Below are positions 28,100 through 37,520 of a stretch of DNA of 64,000 bases, one piece after another. The translations under genes and the position numbers were made by a program. The first letter of the stretch is position 1. The number at the start of each line of letters is the position of its first letter. The stretch is from a virus. The notes under the pieces were generated by a model. The model was not told the origin of the DNA and made no database searches. It was given only the letters and a program-made list of their open reading frames with translations. Location of the stretch: IMG/VR virus record IMGVR_UViG_3300038673_000745, positions 11,367 through 75,366 of that record. One strand, given 5' to 3'.

Positions 28100-30229
28100 A
28101 TGAAATATCCCCGGCTTCCATCACTGAAACCAATTATCCGGAAAGCTCAATCATTTTTCTCACCGGACCCTCCGGCATACCTGATAAACCCGCTTGTAAA
28201 TGCTGCGGAAGTCATGCAGAAAGCTCATTCAGTAGGATTTGATACCCGGATGCGGGCAAACTGGGAAAAATATTATCTGGCCGATCATAATCTCCGGAAA
28301 CAGATCGATACGATGAAAGAAGAGGAAGCGATGCAGTATCGAAAAGCGATTGCATCAACCTCTATTTACCCAAATATCTATGGAACATACAGAAAAGGGT
28401 TTAACCGCCATGAAAATGACCGGTTGGCACAAAACGCAACCTATGCTCTGTGTGAGAAATCTATCCAGGATTATGTATCAGCTCTTGAATGGACGGTGAA
28501 GGATAGGGACCGGAACGAAGTTACCGACGCAATAGATTTCCTTGAATCACCAAACAAAGACGATACTCTTAATGATATTGTAAAAATGACGTGCCGGGAC
28601 ATTACCCGGTACGATGCTGGTGTCTGGGTTAAAACATTAAACAAACGGGACGAACTTCTTGATTTCAAAGCATATTATGGACCGGAGTTCTGGATAGGAA
28701 TAGATAGGGAGCTGCAGACGGTTGAGAACGAATACGGGATGAAACTCCAGGGGTTCTGGTCCCACGGATATCGAGAGAAATTCTGGCAGCATTCGCAACA
28801 AGGGGTATACATCGAGTTCCAGCCGGATGAGGTCTCATATTTTATGATGTATCCCCGGACTGATACCCCATACGGAACAGACTTTATCAACCATCTCCGA
28901 TGGTATCTTGAGACGCTGTTAGATTCTACAAAAGCCGCAGGGATGACGTTTGCGAATGGAATGAATCCCGGAACAGTCTGGAAACATCCAGATATCTCAT
29001 CATTCCAGCAGTTAGCAGAACGGAAAGCAGAGATCGAGTTAGATCTGATAGGGCCGGATAATTTTGGAGGAATTCTTCATCTCATTGGAAACGAAGAACT
29101 GCAGCATCTGACTCCTACAATGGTGGATATGCAGTGGTTACAGGGCCAGAAGTTCATATCTGAGATTGTTTGGTCGATGTTTGGATTTTCACCCGCTGAT
29201 TTTGGATCGGGAGACATGAACCGGGCAACTGCGTATATTCAGACGAATGTGACGAAATCCAGGATGTTATTCCCGCTCATCTCACTGTTTGAAACTCGGA
29301 TAAACCGAGACATTCTCCCATATCTTCCGGGATACAAAAAGGGCTGGAAATTTGAGTATATTCCGTCTGTCTCGCTTGATGATGACCAGAAACGGTCCAG
29401 TATCAAACAGACTCGGGCAATGACCTATTCAACATTGCTGCAGACCGGGATGGCTCCAAAGCTTGCAGCAAAGATCTCTGAATTGGGAGATGATCTTGCA
29501 ACAAATGAGATAGAAGAGTTGGAAGGACTGGAGAACCAGACGTCTTTATCCGCTATGTTTGGCGGGATGATGGGCGGAGGTCAGGACCAGGGTGATGATT
29601 CCGGGATGGGGGGAGAGGCTGAATCCTATGATGGGACCGATACTATTCAGGGTGTTCAGCAGGCATCCGCTCCGGTCCAGAAAGGAATTGTGAGGAAAGG
29701 ACGGGTTCAGAACGACCAGCAGCGGTTAGATATTTACTTGCATGTTGATGTTGAGGATGTCATTCAAAAAGCACGGGGGAATTTCGGGCATTTAGGCAGA
29801 CCCGGAAAACGTGGGGGGAGTATTTCCAGGTCAATGAGGACCGGAGATAAAAAATTAGATGGGTTAATCAATCAGTTTCATCAGGCTAACAATTCAGCCC
29901 GCGAAGATCTAAAACAGGGAGTACCACGAGATAATCAATCTCCGAAGATTCTTAATCAAATCGACGAATATTTTGAGGCGATATATGGTCCGGTCCTCGA
30001 TGAAGATGAAGACACTGTGGTTCCATACGATAAAACCGGGTGGACTGAAATGGACCGATTATGTGAAAAAATAAATAAAATTCGAGAGGAAATGAATGAT
30101 TACTCTGAAACGACAGGACAGGAGCCTTCACCTGAATTGTATCGCAAGTTGAAGGGTATCTCAAAAGAGGGGTTTCAATTAACACGAAAATTGTATAATA
30201 CATTAGAAGATTCTATTGTATATCCTTGA
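28100..30229 (+). CDS. portal protein with C-terminal extension
   Basis: Position in the head module; LAQNATYALC, FLESPN, DITRYDAGVW, DMQWL..QK..SEIVWSMFG portal-like motifs; start re-assigned to ATG 28100 (31 nt after the promoter motif). Confidence 0.85.
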   Translation: MKYPRLPSLKPIIRKAQSFFSPDPPAYLINPLVNAAEVMQKAHSVGFDTRMRANWEKYYLADHNLRKQIDTMKEEEAMQYRKAIASTSIYPNIYGTYRKGFNRHENDRLAQNATYALCEKSIQDYVSALEWTVKDRDRNEVTDAIDFLESPNKDDTLNDIVKMTCRDITRYDAGVWVKTLNKRDELLDFKAYYGPEFWIGIDRELQTVENEYGMKLQGFWSHGYREKFWQHSQQGVYIEFQPDEVSYFMMYPRTDTPYGTDFINHLRWYLETLLDSTKAAGMTFANGMNPGTVWKHPDISSFQQLAERKAEIELDLIGPDNFGGILHLIGNEELQHLTPTMVDMQWLQGQKFISEIVWSMFGFSPADFGSGDMNRATAYIQTNVTKSRMLFPLISLFETRINRDILPYLPGYKKGWKFEYIPSVSLDDDQKRSSIKQTRAMTYSTLLQTGMAPKLAAKISELGDDLATNEIEELEGLENQTSLSAMFGGMMGGGQDQGDDSGMGGEAESYDGTDTIQGVQQASAPVQKGIVRKGRVQNDQQRLDIYLHVDVEDVIQKARGNFGHLGRPGKRGGSISRSMRTGDKKLDGLINQFHQANNSAREDLKQGVPRDNQSPKILNQIDEYFEAIYGPVLDEDEDTVVPYDKTGWTEMDRLCEKINKIREEMNDYSETTGQEPSPELYRKLKGISKEGFQLTRKLYNTLEDSIVYP

Positions 30230-30271
30230 TTTCATTTCCCATTTATTTATTCATTCATTCTTTTCTTTCTT

Positions 30272-31867
30272 ATGTCTTATCTGATGCTTTTAAGATTACG
30301 CGACATTTCAAATGAGATTCAAAAGGCTAAGAAATATCTAAAATCCGGTGTGCAGCCACCAAAGGGTGTTAAATTACATACCGGTCCGAAAGGTGGAATA
30401 TATTACAATTCAGAGGATCTCCATGCTGTAAGGGGCACAACTCCGAAAAAACGCCTCCCTGCGTTCCGGAAACAGGAAGATGGGTCGGTGATGCATCGGA
30501 CCAAAGCAGGGTATCATGGAGCCGGTGCCTATAAGATCCACCAAAGAGATGATAAGAAATTTCAGTTGTCATTTACACCCGCAAACGGTGGAAAAACAAG
30601 CAGTATTCTACACCATTCGGATATTAAATTCCTAAAACAAAAAGTTGCTGAATTTAAGCGTAGGGATGAGCGGGGACCACTTGAAGACTACGATGTTAAA
30701 TTTGAGAGAGAACGGAGAGATGATGATTTCTCATTAAAACAACTTAGGAGTTTTGAGGGTACATTACTCTCAAAAATTAAAGACCCCAATGAGTCAGATG
30801 AATCTTTCGAGAAACATGATGCATATACCGATGCTGCAACATGGATTGTAGATGTAAACAAACATGGGGGAAATAAACCCGGATTAATCGAATATTTCGA
30901 GGATAAAGTAAAGGAATTTGATGATAAAGGAGATTGGGATAATCATGTGAATGCATATCAGGATGTAGTAGATCTGTTGAAAAATTCAGAAATTGAACCT
31001 AAATCTAAACCTTTAATCAAACCTACATCATCCCCGCTCACATCCGGCGACAAACGCCACGACCCGGATCAAAAGAAAATAGCAACCGGATTAGGGACAA
31101 CCGAGAAAAAGAAAGCAAAAGAAACCGTCGCAGAGTTTGGTGTTGATACTCGTACAAAATTAAAAGAGATAGCCGAGAACGAGACAGGACCGGTTAAGTC
31201 AAAACAGGTTAGATACAAAAAACTGGTAAGCCCGGACCAGGATAAACCTTCTTTATCTAGGCTCCGGGAACATACCCTGAATCACCCAAACATCATCAAA
31301 CTCTCTGCTGAGCAGAGGTCAGAGATTACGCGGGCATTAGATGATATGGAATCGACGTTAAGCCGGTCCAAATCTATTGACTCATTTAAGCGTGCGATAA
31401 CAAGAAAACGAAATCAGATCCAGAAACAACCCGGATATGATATGAGTAATCAGGGTATGTATGAACAAACCCTGAATACGATCATGGGTGCCGGCGACGA
31501 CTGGTATTATCCGGAGAAAGTTGAGAAACCAGTAAAGAACCAAAAAGCAAAGACAAAGACATCATCTCATTCCCTGGCAGAGCTAAGAATCAAACAGGAT
31601 ATGGTTGCAGCTGGATTAGATCCCGAGTCGCATGATATCTCATCGCTGATGGATAAAACCCTAAACTACAAGGAAAACCGGGCAAATATTGCAAAACTGT
31701 TAGGATATTCCTACACTCAGAAAGATAAAAAGGAAGCAACACAACGAGCAGATCATCATCAGTGTATCCAGGCACAGGAACGGTGCGAAGTTCATGGTGA
31801 TTCCGGTGCATGTCTCCAATACACGACAATGGGGTGCCATAAAACCTATGGTCCTCTTGATACGTAA
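30272..31867 (+). CDS. leader-bearing putative capsid cargo (type A), C-terminal function unknown
   Basis: MSYLMLLRLRDISNEIQK|AKKYLKSGVQPPKGVKLHTGPKGGIYY. Confidence 0.75.
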   Translation: MSYLMLLRLRDISNEIQKAKKYLKSGVQPPKGVKLHTGPKGGIYYNSEDLHAVRGTTPKKRLPAFRKQEDGSVMHRTKAGYHGAGAYKIHQRDDKKFQLSFTPANGGKTSSILHHSDIKFLKQKVAEFKRRDERGPLEDYDVKFERERRDDDFSLKQLRSFEGTLLSKIKDPNESDESFEKHDAYTDAATWIVDVNKHGGNKPGLIEYFEDKVKEFDDKGDWDNHVNAYQDVVDLLKNSEIEPKSKPLIKPTSSPLTSGDKRHDPDQKKIATGLGTTEKKKAKETVAEFGVDTRTKLKEIAENETGPVKSKQVRYKKLVSPDQDKPSLSRLREHTLNHPNIIKLSAEQRSEITRALDDMESTLSRSKSIDSFKRAITRKRNQIQKQPGYDMSNQGMYEQTLNTIMGAGDDWYYPEKVEKPVKNQKAKTKTSSHSLAELRIKQDMVAAGLDPESHDISSLMDKTLNYKENRANIAKLLGYSYTQKDKKEATQRADHHQCIQAQERCEVHGDSGACLQYTTMGCHKTYGPLDT

Positions 31868-31902
31868 TTCCTGTATATTATCTTTCACACAAACCTATGT
31901 AT

Positions 31903-32089
31903 TGGCAGGGGAGCAACATGAGCGATGACCCGGCCAAACAGTAAGACTAAGGTTACCTCATTCAACTCCTGTATTTGTCATTGAAACCTGTATTCTGTCC
32001 CCATCGGAAATCTGTGGAAACTGTATCAAGAGTCTCTTTCAATAAAAGGTGCGTGCGGTTGTGTTCTGAAAGGGGTTCCCACACTCCCC
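31903..32089 (+). ncRNA. candidate small RNA
   Basis: Promoter motif at ~31868-31879 with no ATG at the usual distance; 5' GGGGAG (31908) can pair with 3' CTCCCC (32084). Confidence 0.3.
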
Positions 32090-32132
32090 CTTTCCTGTTT
32101 AATATCTTGTTACGATCATTCTATTATATTCA

Positions 32133-32801
32133 ATGGGTATTTTTCTGACTATTCTGATGTTGCAGGATTTGAGAAACGAGATAAAGAAATCTCGCGGGTT
32201 TTATGAGCATAAGGGAAGACCCGGAAAGATAGGCGGGAGTCTGCCACGGAATGCTCTGGATGATACTGAATTACATCCGTTGATACCTATCCGGAAAAGT
32301 GCCGTTGAAGCGGTTATCACGTATGCGAAACCGATTCAGGATCAGGACTTTGAAACTGTTATTGTTATAAATCCTGATACAGATAGTATTGTTTTTAAAA
32401 AGAATGGCCTTGACAGAGAGATTGATATTCTACCAACAGAATGGAAATATTTCAAGCATAACCGAGTCCTTCATAATCACCCTTCTGGAATGACGTTTTC
32501 ATTTGGAGATATCGGTGCAGCATTTCAGCAGTGTGAAGCTGAAGATTGGGTTATTGGACTGACCGGGATATTATATGTGATTCTTCCTCCGGATGGGATG
32601 AAATATTTTCCGCAATCACTTGCAAACAAGGCATTCAAAGAATATAAACGACTCTCTGTAATTGTTAGTACAAACTTAAAGATCCTATCTATGTTAAGTC
32701 ATTTAGACCCAAAAGAAAGGAAAAATACAATTCACAGAAACATTCTGCAAAAGATGAGTTCAGATGGATGGTTTAGATATTATGAAATTGAACTGGAGTG
32801 A
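32133..32801 (+). CDS. leader-bearing putative capsid cargo (type B) with JAB/MPN-like domain
   Basis: EIKK|SRGFYEHKGRPGKIGGSLPR; E...VLHNHPSGMTFSFGDI. Confidence 0.72.
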   Translation: MGIFLTILMLQDLRNEIKKSRGFYEHKGRPGKIGGSLPRNALDDTELHPLIPIRKSAVEAVITYAKPIQDQDFETVIVINPDTDSIVFKKNGLDREIDILPTEWKYFKHNRVLHNHPSGMTFSFGDIGAAFQQCEAEDWVIGLTGILYVILPPDGMKYFPQSLANKAFKEYKRLSVIVSTNLKILSMLSHLDPKERKNTIHRNILQKMSSDGWFRYYEIELE

Positions 32802-32805
32802 TTAA

Positions 32806-33108
32806 ATGACTGAAGATCCTGAGCATTCAGAATTATTCTTTGATTCACCGTGTTTTGATTGTAAGCACTATGATTTTTGGGGTGAGTATGGAGTGTTTAC
32901 AATGAAATGTAAAGCATTTCCCGAGGGTATTCCATTAGAGATATGGACAAATAAAAACACTCATCGAAAATCATATCCGGGAGATACTGGAATACAGTAT
33001 GAAAAACTGAATAAAGAAACTGATGACGAATACAATAGGAAGAAAGAAGAACATGAGAAATCTGCAAAAGAAGGTCTTCTCTGGTTGAAACAAAGGAAGA
33101 ATAAATAA
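32806..33108 (+). CDS. CxxC...C.AFP.GIP partner protein
   Basis: PCFDCKHY...KCKAFPEGIPLEIWTNKNTHRKSYPGDTGI. Confidence 0.8.
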   Translation: MTEDPEHSELFFDSPCFDCKHYDFWGEYGVFTMKCKAFPEGIPLEIWTNKNTHRKSYPGDTGIQYEKLNKETDDEYNRKKEEHEKSAKEGLLWLKQRKNK

Positions 33109-33150
33109 TCTATTTCCCATTTATCTCTTTTCATTCTTCATTAACATGAC

Positions 33151-33525
33151 ATGGGATATTATTTAGACAAACTCAAAGAAATTGAAGCAAAAATGGAAAT
33201 CAAAAAATCAAAGGGGTTTTATGGTCATAAGGGGAGATTGCATAAGAGAGGGGGAAGTCTTCCCAGAAATGCAGCAAAGAATCCTTCAAATCTGGTTATT
33301 CAAACCCTTAACCCTAAACTGATGAAACTTGCAGATGCAGCGAGTAAAGAATTAACCCGTGATGCATGGCCCTCACAAGCTGAAGATATTGTATTAAGAC
33401 TTGCAGAAAAATTTGATATTGATCCTGATTTAATCGATTTTAATCGTGATTTTGACACTGATGACAATGGGCACAAGTATCATGTAATAAATTTTGATTT
33501 GAAAGAACCAGTATGGTCTGATTGA
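33151..33525 (+). CDS. short leader-bearing putative capsid cargo (type B)
   Basis: EIKK|SKGFYGHKGRLHKRGGSLPR. Confidence 0.72.
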   Translation: MGYYLDKLKEIEAKMEIKKSKGFYGHKGRLHKRGGSLPRNAAKNPSNLVIQTLNPKLMKLADAASKELTRDAWPSQAEDIVLRLAEKFDIDPDLIDFNRDFDTDDNGHKYHVINFDLKEPVWSD

Positions 33526-33571
33526 GTTAATTCATTTCCCGTTTATCTCACTTCATCACTCTTTCACCGGT

Positions 33572-36067
33572 ATGAGTATCTGGGATACCCTTCGGTCAAT
33601 CATCAACGCTCGATTCAGCATCATCCAAAAGGGTAAGAAATACGTTAAACCTGGTCAGACTCCGCCAAAAGGTGTCCAACTCCATAAAGGGCCGAACGGC
33701 GGGATATACTATTTTGTCGAGGATAAACACGTAAAACAAGCCGGAAAATATCATGAACTCATCCGGAGTAAAGGGGTTACAAAGGATCAGTTTGCATCAA
33801 TAGAAGAGAAGTTCAAGGCTCAAGGTGCCGAATCAGTTCATTTTGTTCACAAGCCTGGACTTGAGAAGACCAAAGGCGGTCAAAACCTTTACAATATCTA
33901 TGTAAACTGGGGCGAAAAAACCCAGACGAAGATTCAGGCAAAAAAACAAGCGGATAAAGAAAAATTTGGACGAAAAACCATCCATGATTTTGAAGAACCT
34001 AATTTTACCGAATCAGACGGGATTCATACCACGCCAGCATATGATCGTATCAGAGCCGGGTATGTAGAGAATGGACGGTATGAAATTCATCCGTCCGGTT
34101 CACATGGCGCAAAACTGTATTACATCGATAAACAAGGAACCCCGAATAAGATCACATATTCGTATGATAAAGTCTGGGGAGACAAATCAGAAACGGATAT
34201 TGACGAAGAGAAGAGCCGGGAAAGGAATATAGATTCCTTAAAAAAGACGGTGAAAGATCTTACCCGTGCCGGTCCAACCAGGCGAAATTATCTCATAGCG
34301 AATATGAAACGTCTGGATGAAGAAAAGGCCGCAAAACCGGAGAAGAAAAAAGAACCCGCGAAAAATCCATTGTGGGAGATTCATAATACTCTTCGGTCCC
34401 TTATCGATGCACACAAAGCAAAAACATCGGTTTTAGATATTCCTGAACTCCGGCATGATCCTATGGCAATGTTACAGGATTCTCTGGATAAATGGAGGAA
34501 CACTCCCGGGAAAGTTGAGCAGATAGAAAATGAAGAGGCTGCAATGCAACACAAGCGGGGGAATACCCCTGTCCGGGAGTTCCTTGCAAATCATCTGAAA
34601 AAACATTATCCGGACGCTTCAGAGGACCAGATACAGGATGCTGCACGAACCGGGAATAGTTATCATGCAAACGGGAGACAGCGATTATCTGATTCGTATC
34701 ATTATGCAGCGACTAAACTTTCAAGACTAATGAAACAACCGGCACAGCCAGTATTACCTTCGGTACAGAAAAAACCGGTGGAGAAAGAACCTGATGTCCC
34801 TGCAGAACCGGAAGCATCTACTGAAACCAGTTACAAGGATCCCCGTGTTGCAGGAGCTGCAATGGGTGCAATGCAGGCTCGCGGGTATGATGCAGAGGTT
34901 TTACAAAACGACTGGCAGAAGGATAAAGGTCATATCATCCGGGTCAAATATACAAAGAAACCAGATAAAGGACCGGAAGTTCCTGGACCGGTAACGAAAC
35001 CTGGAAAATCACCTACAAAAAAACCAGTTCCAAAAAAAGAAAAGCCGTTTGTTCGGAAATACCAGGTTACGTCTCCCGAAGCAGCACAGAAACGAAAAGA
35101 GGAACTGGAATCAAAAGGGCATGAAGTCAAAGTTGTTGAGAAAAAGTTTGGGAACCGGACTATTTATGATATTCTTCACCGGACCAGACCACAACAAAAC
35201 TCTCCTGATGTTTCTCTTCCGATGGATGAGACCGGAGCGGTCAGAACATGGATGAGACGAATAGATGGTCATGTTTCAGGAGCAACCCATAACAACATCG
35301 GTGATTGGGTATATCCCACAAGGACTGAAGGCGGAAAACATTATTACAGTCTTCCGGACGGTCTCTATCATGGGAACATGGGGTCACGGTCCATGAATCC
35401 AGAGGGTGAGAAATATTATCTTGTGCAAAACGGAGCGGTCAGAGAAATCCCTGAAGGTGAACGTGCAGCGACTATCAGATCTCACACTCCTGAAATAAAT
35501 CGGGCACAATTTGATGAATTTATGGCTCAAAAGGTTCAAAACGTGAAAGAACATTCTGAAGCAGCAAAAGGTCAAAACAAACCGGTTTCAATCATGTTTA
35601 TAGGAAACACACATCCACGGATGGCAGAAAAATTAAAAGACAAATATCATGCGAAATGGAATCCGGAGAGCAAACACTGGTATTTCTTTTCCTCTCAACC
35701 TCATGAAGATCTATCTCGGTCTTTATCCAAAGATTTTGGTCCGGATGTTGTAACCAGATCAGAGAAAGAATGGTTTCAGGAACTTGGACATAAACAACAA
35801 ATGAGCGAAAGCATTGGTCGAATGAGTAAAGAGATCCAACAGGCATATATTGCTGCAGGAAGACCCCAGGATGCGTTCAAGGGAATAAAAACCGCTGAAC
35901 AGATGTTTAATGATGCTGAATCAGAAGCTCAATCATCCGGTCAGAAAGGTGCAAAATCGTATGTGAGTAATCCATATCTCCATGACCGATGGTATCGAAC
36001 CGATCAGATCATCAAACAGGTTGTGGACCGGTTGAAGCAGGGAGCATCAGCAGCGGCAGCGGGATAA
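33572..36067 (+). CDS. large multidomain leader-bearing putative capsid cargo (type A)
   Basis: IIQK|GKKYVKPGQTPPKGVQLHKGPNGGIYYFVEDKH; basic and modular. Confidence 0.75.
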   Translation: MSIWDTLRSIINARFSIIQKGKKYVKPGQTPPKGVQLHKGPNGGIYYFVEDKHVKQAGKYHELIRSKGVTKDQFASIEEKFKAQGAESVHFVHKPGLEKTKGGQNLYNIYVNWGEKTQTKIQAKKQADKEKFGRKTIHDFEEPNFTESDGIHTTPAYDRIRAGYVENGRYEIHPSGSHGAKLYYIDKQGTPNKITYSYDKVWGDKSETDIDEEKSRERNIDSLKKTVKDLTRAGPTRRNYLIANMKRLDEEKAAKPEKKKEPAKNPLWEIHNTLRSLIDAHKAKTSVLDIPELRHDPMAMLQDSLDKWRNTPGKVEQIENEEAAMQHKRGNTPVREFLANHLKKHYPDASEDQIQDAARTGNSYHANGRQRLSDSYHYAATKLSRLMKQPAQPVLPSVQKKPVEKEPDVPAEPEASTETSYKDPRVAGAAMGAMQARGYDAEVLQNDWQKDKGHIIRVKYTKKPDKGPEVPGPVTKPGKSPTKKPVPKKEKPFVRKYQVTSPEAAQKRKEELESKGHEVKVVEKKFGNRTIYDILHRTRPQQNSPDVSLPMDETGAVRTWMRRIDGHVSGATHNNIGDWVYPTRTEGGKHYYSLPDGLYHGNMGSRSMNPEGEKYYLVQNGAVREIPEGERAATIRSHTPEINRAQFDEFMAQKVQNVKEHSEAAKGQNKPVSIMFIGNTHPRMAEKLKDKYHAKWNPESKHWYFFSSQPHEDLSRSLSKDFGPDVVTRSEKEWFQELGHKQQMSESIGRMSKEIQQAYIAAGRPQDAFKGIKTAEQMFNDAESEAQSSGQKGAKSYVSNPYLHDRWYRTDQIIKQVVDRLKQGASAAAAG

Positions 36068-36103
36068 TTCGTGTATAATATCACACACATCCCATTTTGT
36101 AAT

Positions 36104-36157
36104 ATGAAAGTGGGAGAATTACTGGTTGCCATTCAGGCGAAGATGAACAATCAGTAA
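36104..36157 (+). CDS. 17-aa micropeptide with its own promoter motif
   Basis: MKVGELLVAIQAKMNNQ; ATG 30 nt after TTCGTG-TATAAT. Confidence 0.35.
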   Translation: MKVGELLVAIQAKMNNQ

Positions 36158-36196
36158 TTCACGTTTATCTTATTTCCCTCCTCATATGTGTATTAG

Positions 36197-36352
36197 ATGT
36201 CTAATCTCCCTCCTTGTTTTAAGCCGAAATGTAAACCCTGTTCATATTATCCATATTGTGAGAACGCGGTATTAATTAATGATACGGCGTTGAAAATTCA
36301 AGATAAGGATGCAAAAATCGCTCTCCATAAAATGGAACTCAGATATTCATGA
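36197..36352 (+). CDS. small Cys-rich protein (51 aa, not in ORF track)
   Basis: PPCFKPKCKPCSYYPYC; ATGA-coupled to the MuF-like gene. Confidence 0.55.
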   Translation: MSNLPPCFKPKCKPCSYYPYCENAVLINDTALKIQDKDAKIALHKMELRYS

Positions 36353-37236
36353 CCGATCCTGTAGTCCAATTATCAAATCAGTTCATCAAAGAAGTTCTTA
36401 TTGAACTGAGAAACGAGCGGTCTGATCTAAAAAACCGGATACGATACGCATGTGATTCGGCAAATTCTGATGATGAAATTGAGATCTTAATTCTCGGGAC
36501 CGGAGAACTCACTCAAAAGAGACTTCGAAAGATTTCAGAGCAACATATTGAATATATGTATCTGGAATCAGTAACCAGAGCGATATCTGATATATCTACT
36601 ACGGATATTTATCGTCCGACTGCAGTCCCCGCGTATATCACAGCACAGGACCGGGAGGTTGGGGCGGTTGATTCAATAAATTACGTTATGTCGCTACTCA
36701 CTGCAACGATTCAGGCCAGAAACGAAAGTATCAAAAAGATCATATTTAGCCGGTCCAAGGGCATTACAAAACTCATTGACGATGTAGAATCGGAGATAAA
36801 TAAGATCTGGATCCCACGGATTGAAACCGATATCAGGATAGGATGTAATCATGCCTGGAACGCTGCGTACTATACCCGGTTGTCTGGATACGGGGCGTTT
36901 AAGAAATGGGTATCTGTATCAGATCATGATGAGATGAACGGGGTTATTGTTCAGGCAAATGAACCGTTTAAGATTCCTGAATACCCGGACCCAAATAATC
37001 TTGCTCAAAAAGTCCCAGGATGTGAGATGCTTTACCCTGGAGATGTTTCTGGAAATCCTGATAGGCGACACCTGGAGAAATGTTTCTGCCGGTTGGTATC
37101 AGTATCACAAGGACCGGTTACGTTCGTAAACGTAACAGAAGAAAATCTTACGTCTGCGAACGAACCGGACGAACGTAATGGAGATGAACCTGAAGAAAAG
37201 AAACGAGGCCGGAAAAAGAAACAGGAGGATGAATGA
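36349..37236 (+). CDS. MuF / SPP1 gp7-like minor head protein
   Basis: RIETDIRIGCNHAWN...KKWVS..DHDEMNG...EPF...MLYPGD...CFCRL, resembling the MuF C-terminal signature. Confidence 0.7.
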   Translation: MTDPVVQLSNQFIKEVLIELRNERSDLKNRIRYACDSANSDDEIEILILGTGELTQKRLRKISEQHIEYMYLESVTRAISDISTTDIYRPTAVPAYITAQDREVGAVDSINYVMSLLTATIQARNESIKKIIFSRSKGITKLIDDVESEINKIWIPRIETDIRIGCNHAWNAAYYTRLSGYGAFKKWVSVSDHDEMNGVIVQANEPFKIPEYPDPNNLAQKVPGCEMLYPGDVSGNPDRRHLEKCFCRLVSVSQGPVTFVNVTEENLTSANEPDERNGDEPEEKKRGRKKKQEDE

Positions 37237-37520
37237 AGGGGTTTATGGTAATAACTGATTATTCAGACCCTCTGAATTCTACTACTCTTATTGGTGACTT
37301 CTCTTTTGAAATAGATACAAAAAAGCATCATTCTAAACAGCAAAAAGAAGAACGCAAAGCATTGAAAGCATATTACCGGCGGGTGTGATAATGGTTCAAT
37401 GGATTGAAGAAAATTGGCTTATGCTGCTTTTAATCTCGATCCTGTTGGTTCTTATCGTTCAATTTTTGCACAATCTATAACGGTGAAATATGGAAACAAA
37501 AAATCTCGAGGAACAGGAAG

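Noticed and set aside
31955-32045. ATTGAAAC (a common CRISPR repeat 3' end), suggesting a mini-CRISPR array
   Set aside because: Only one occurrence; no second repeat at spacer distance and no cas genes. I saw no regularly spaced repeats anywhere in the window.
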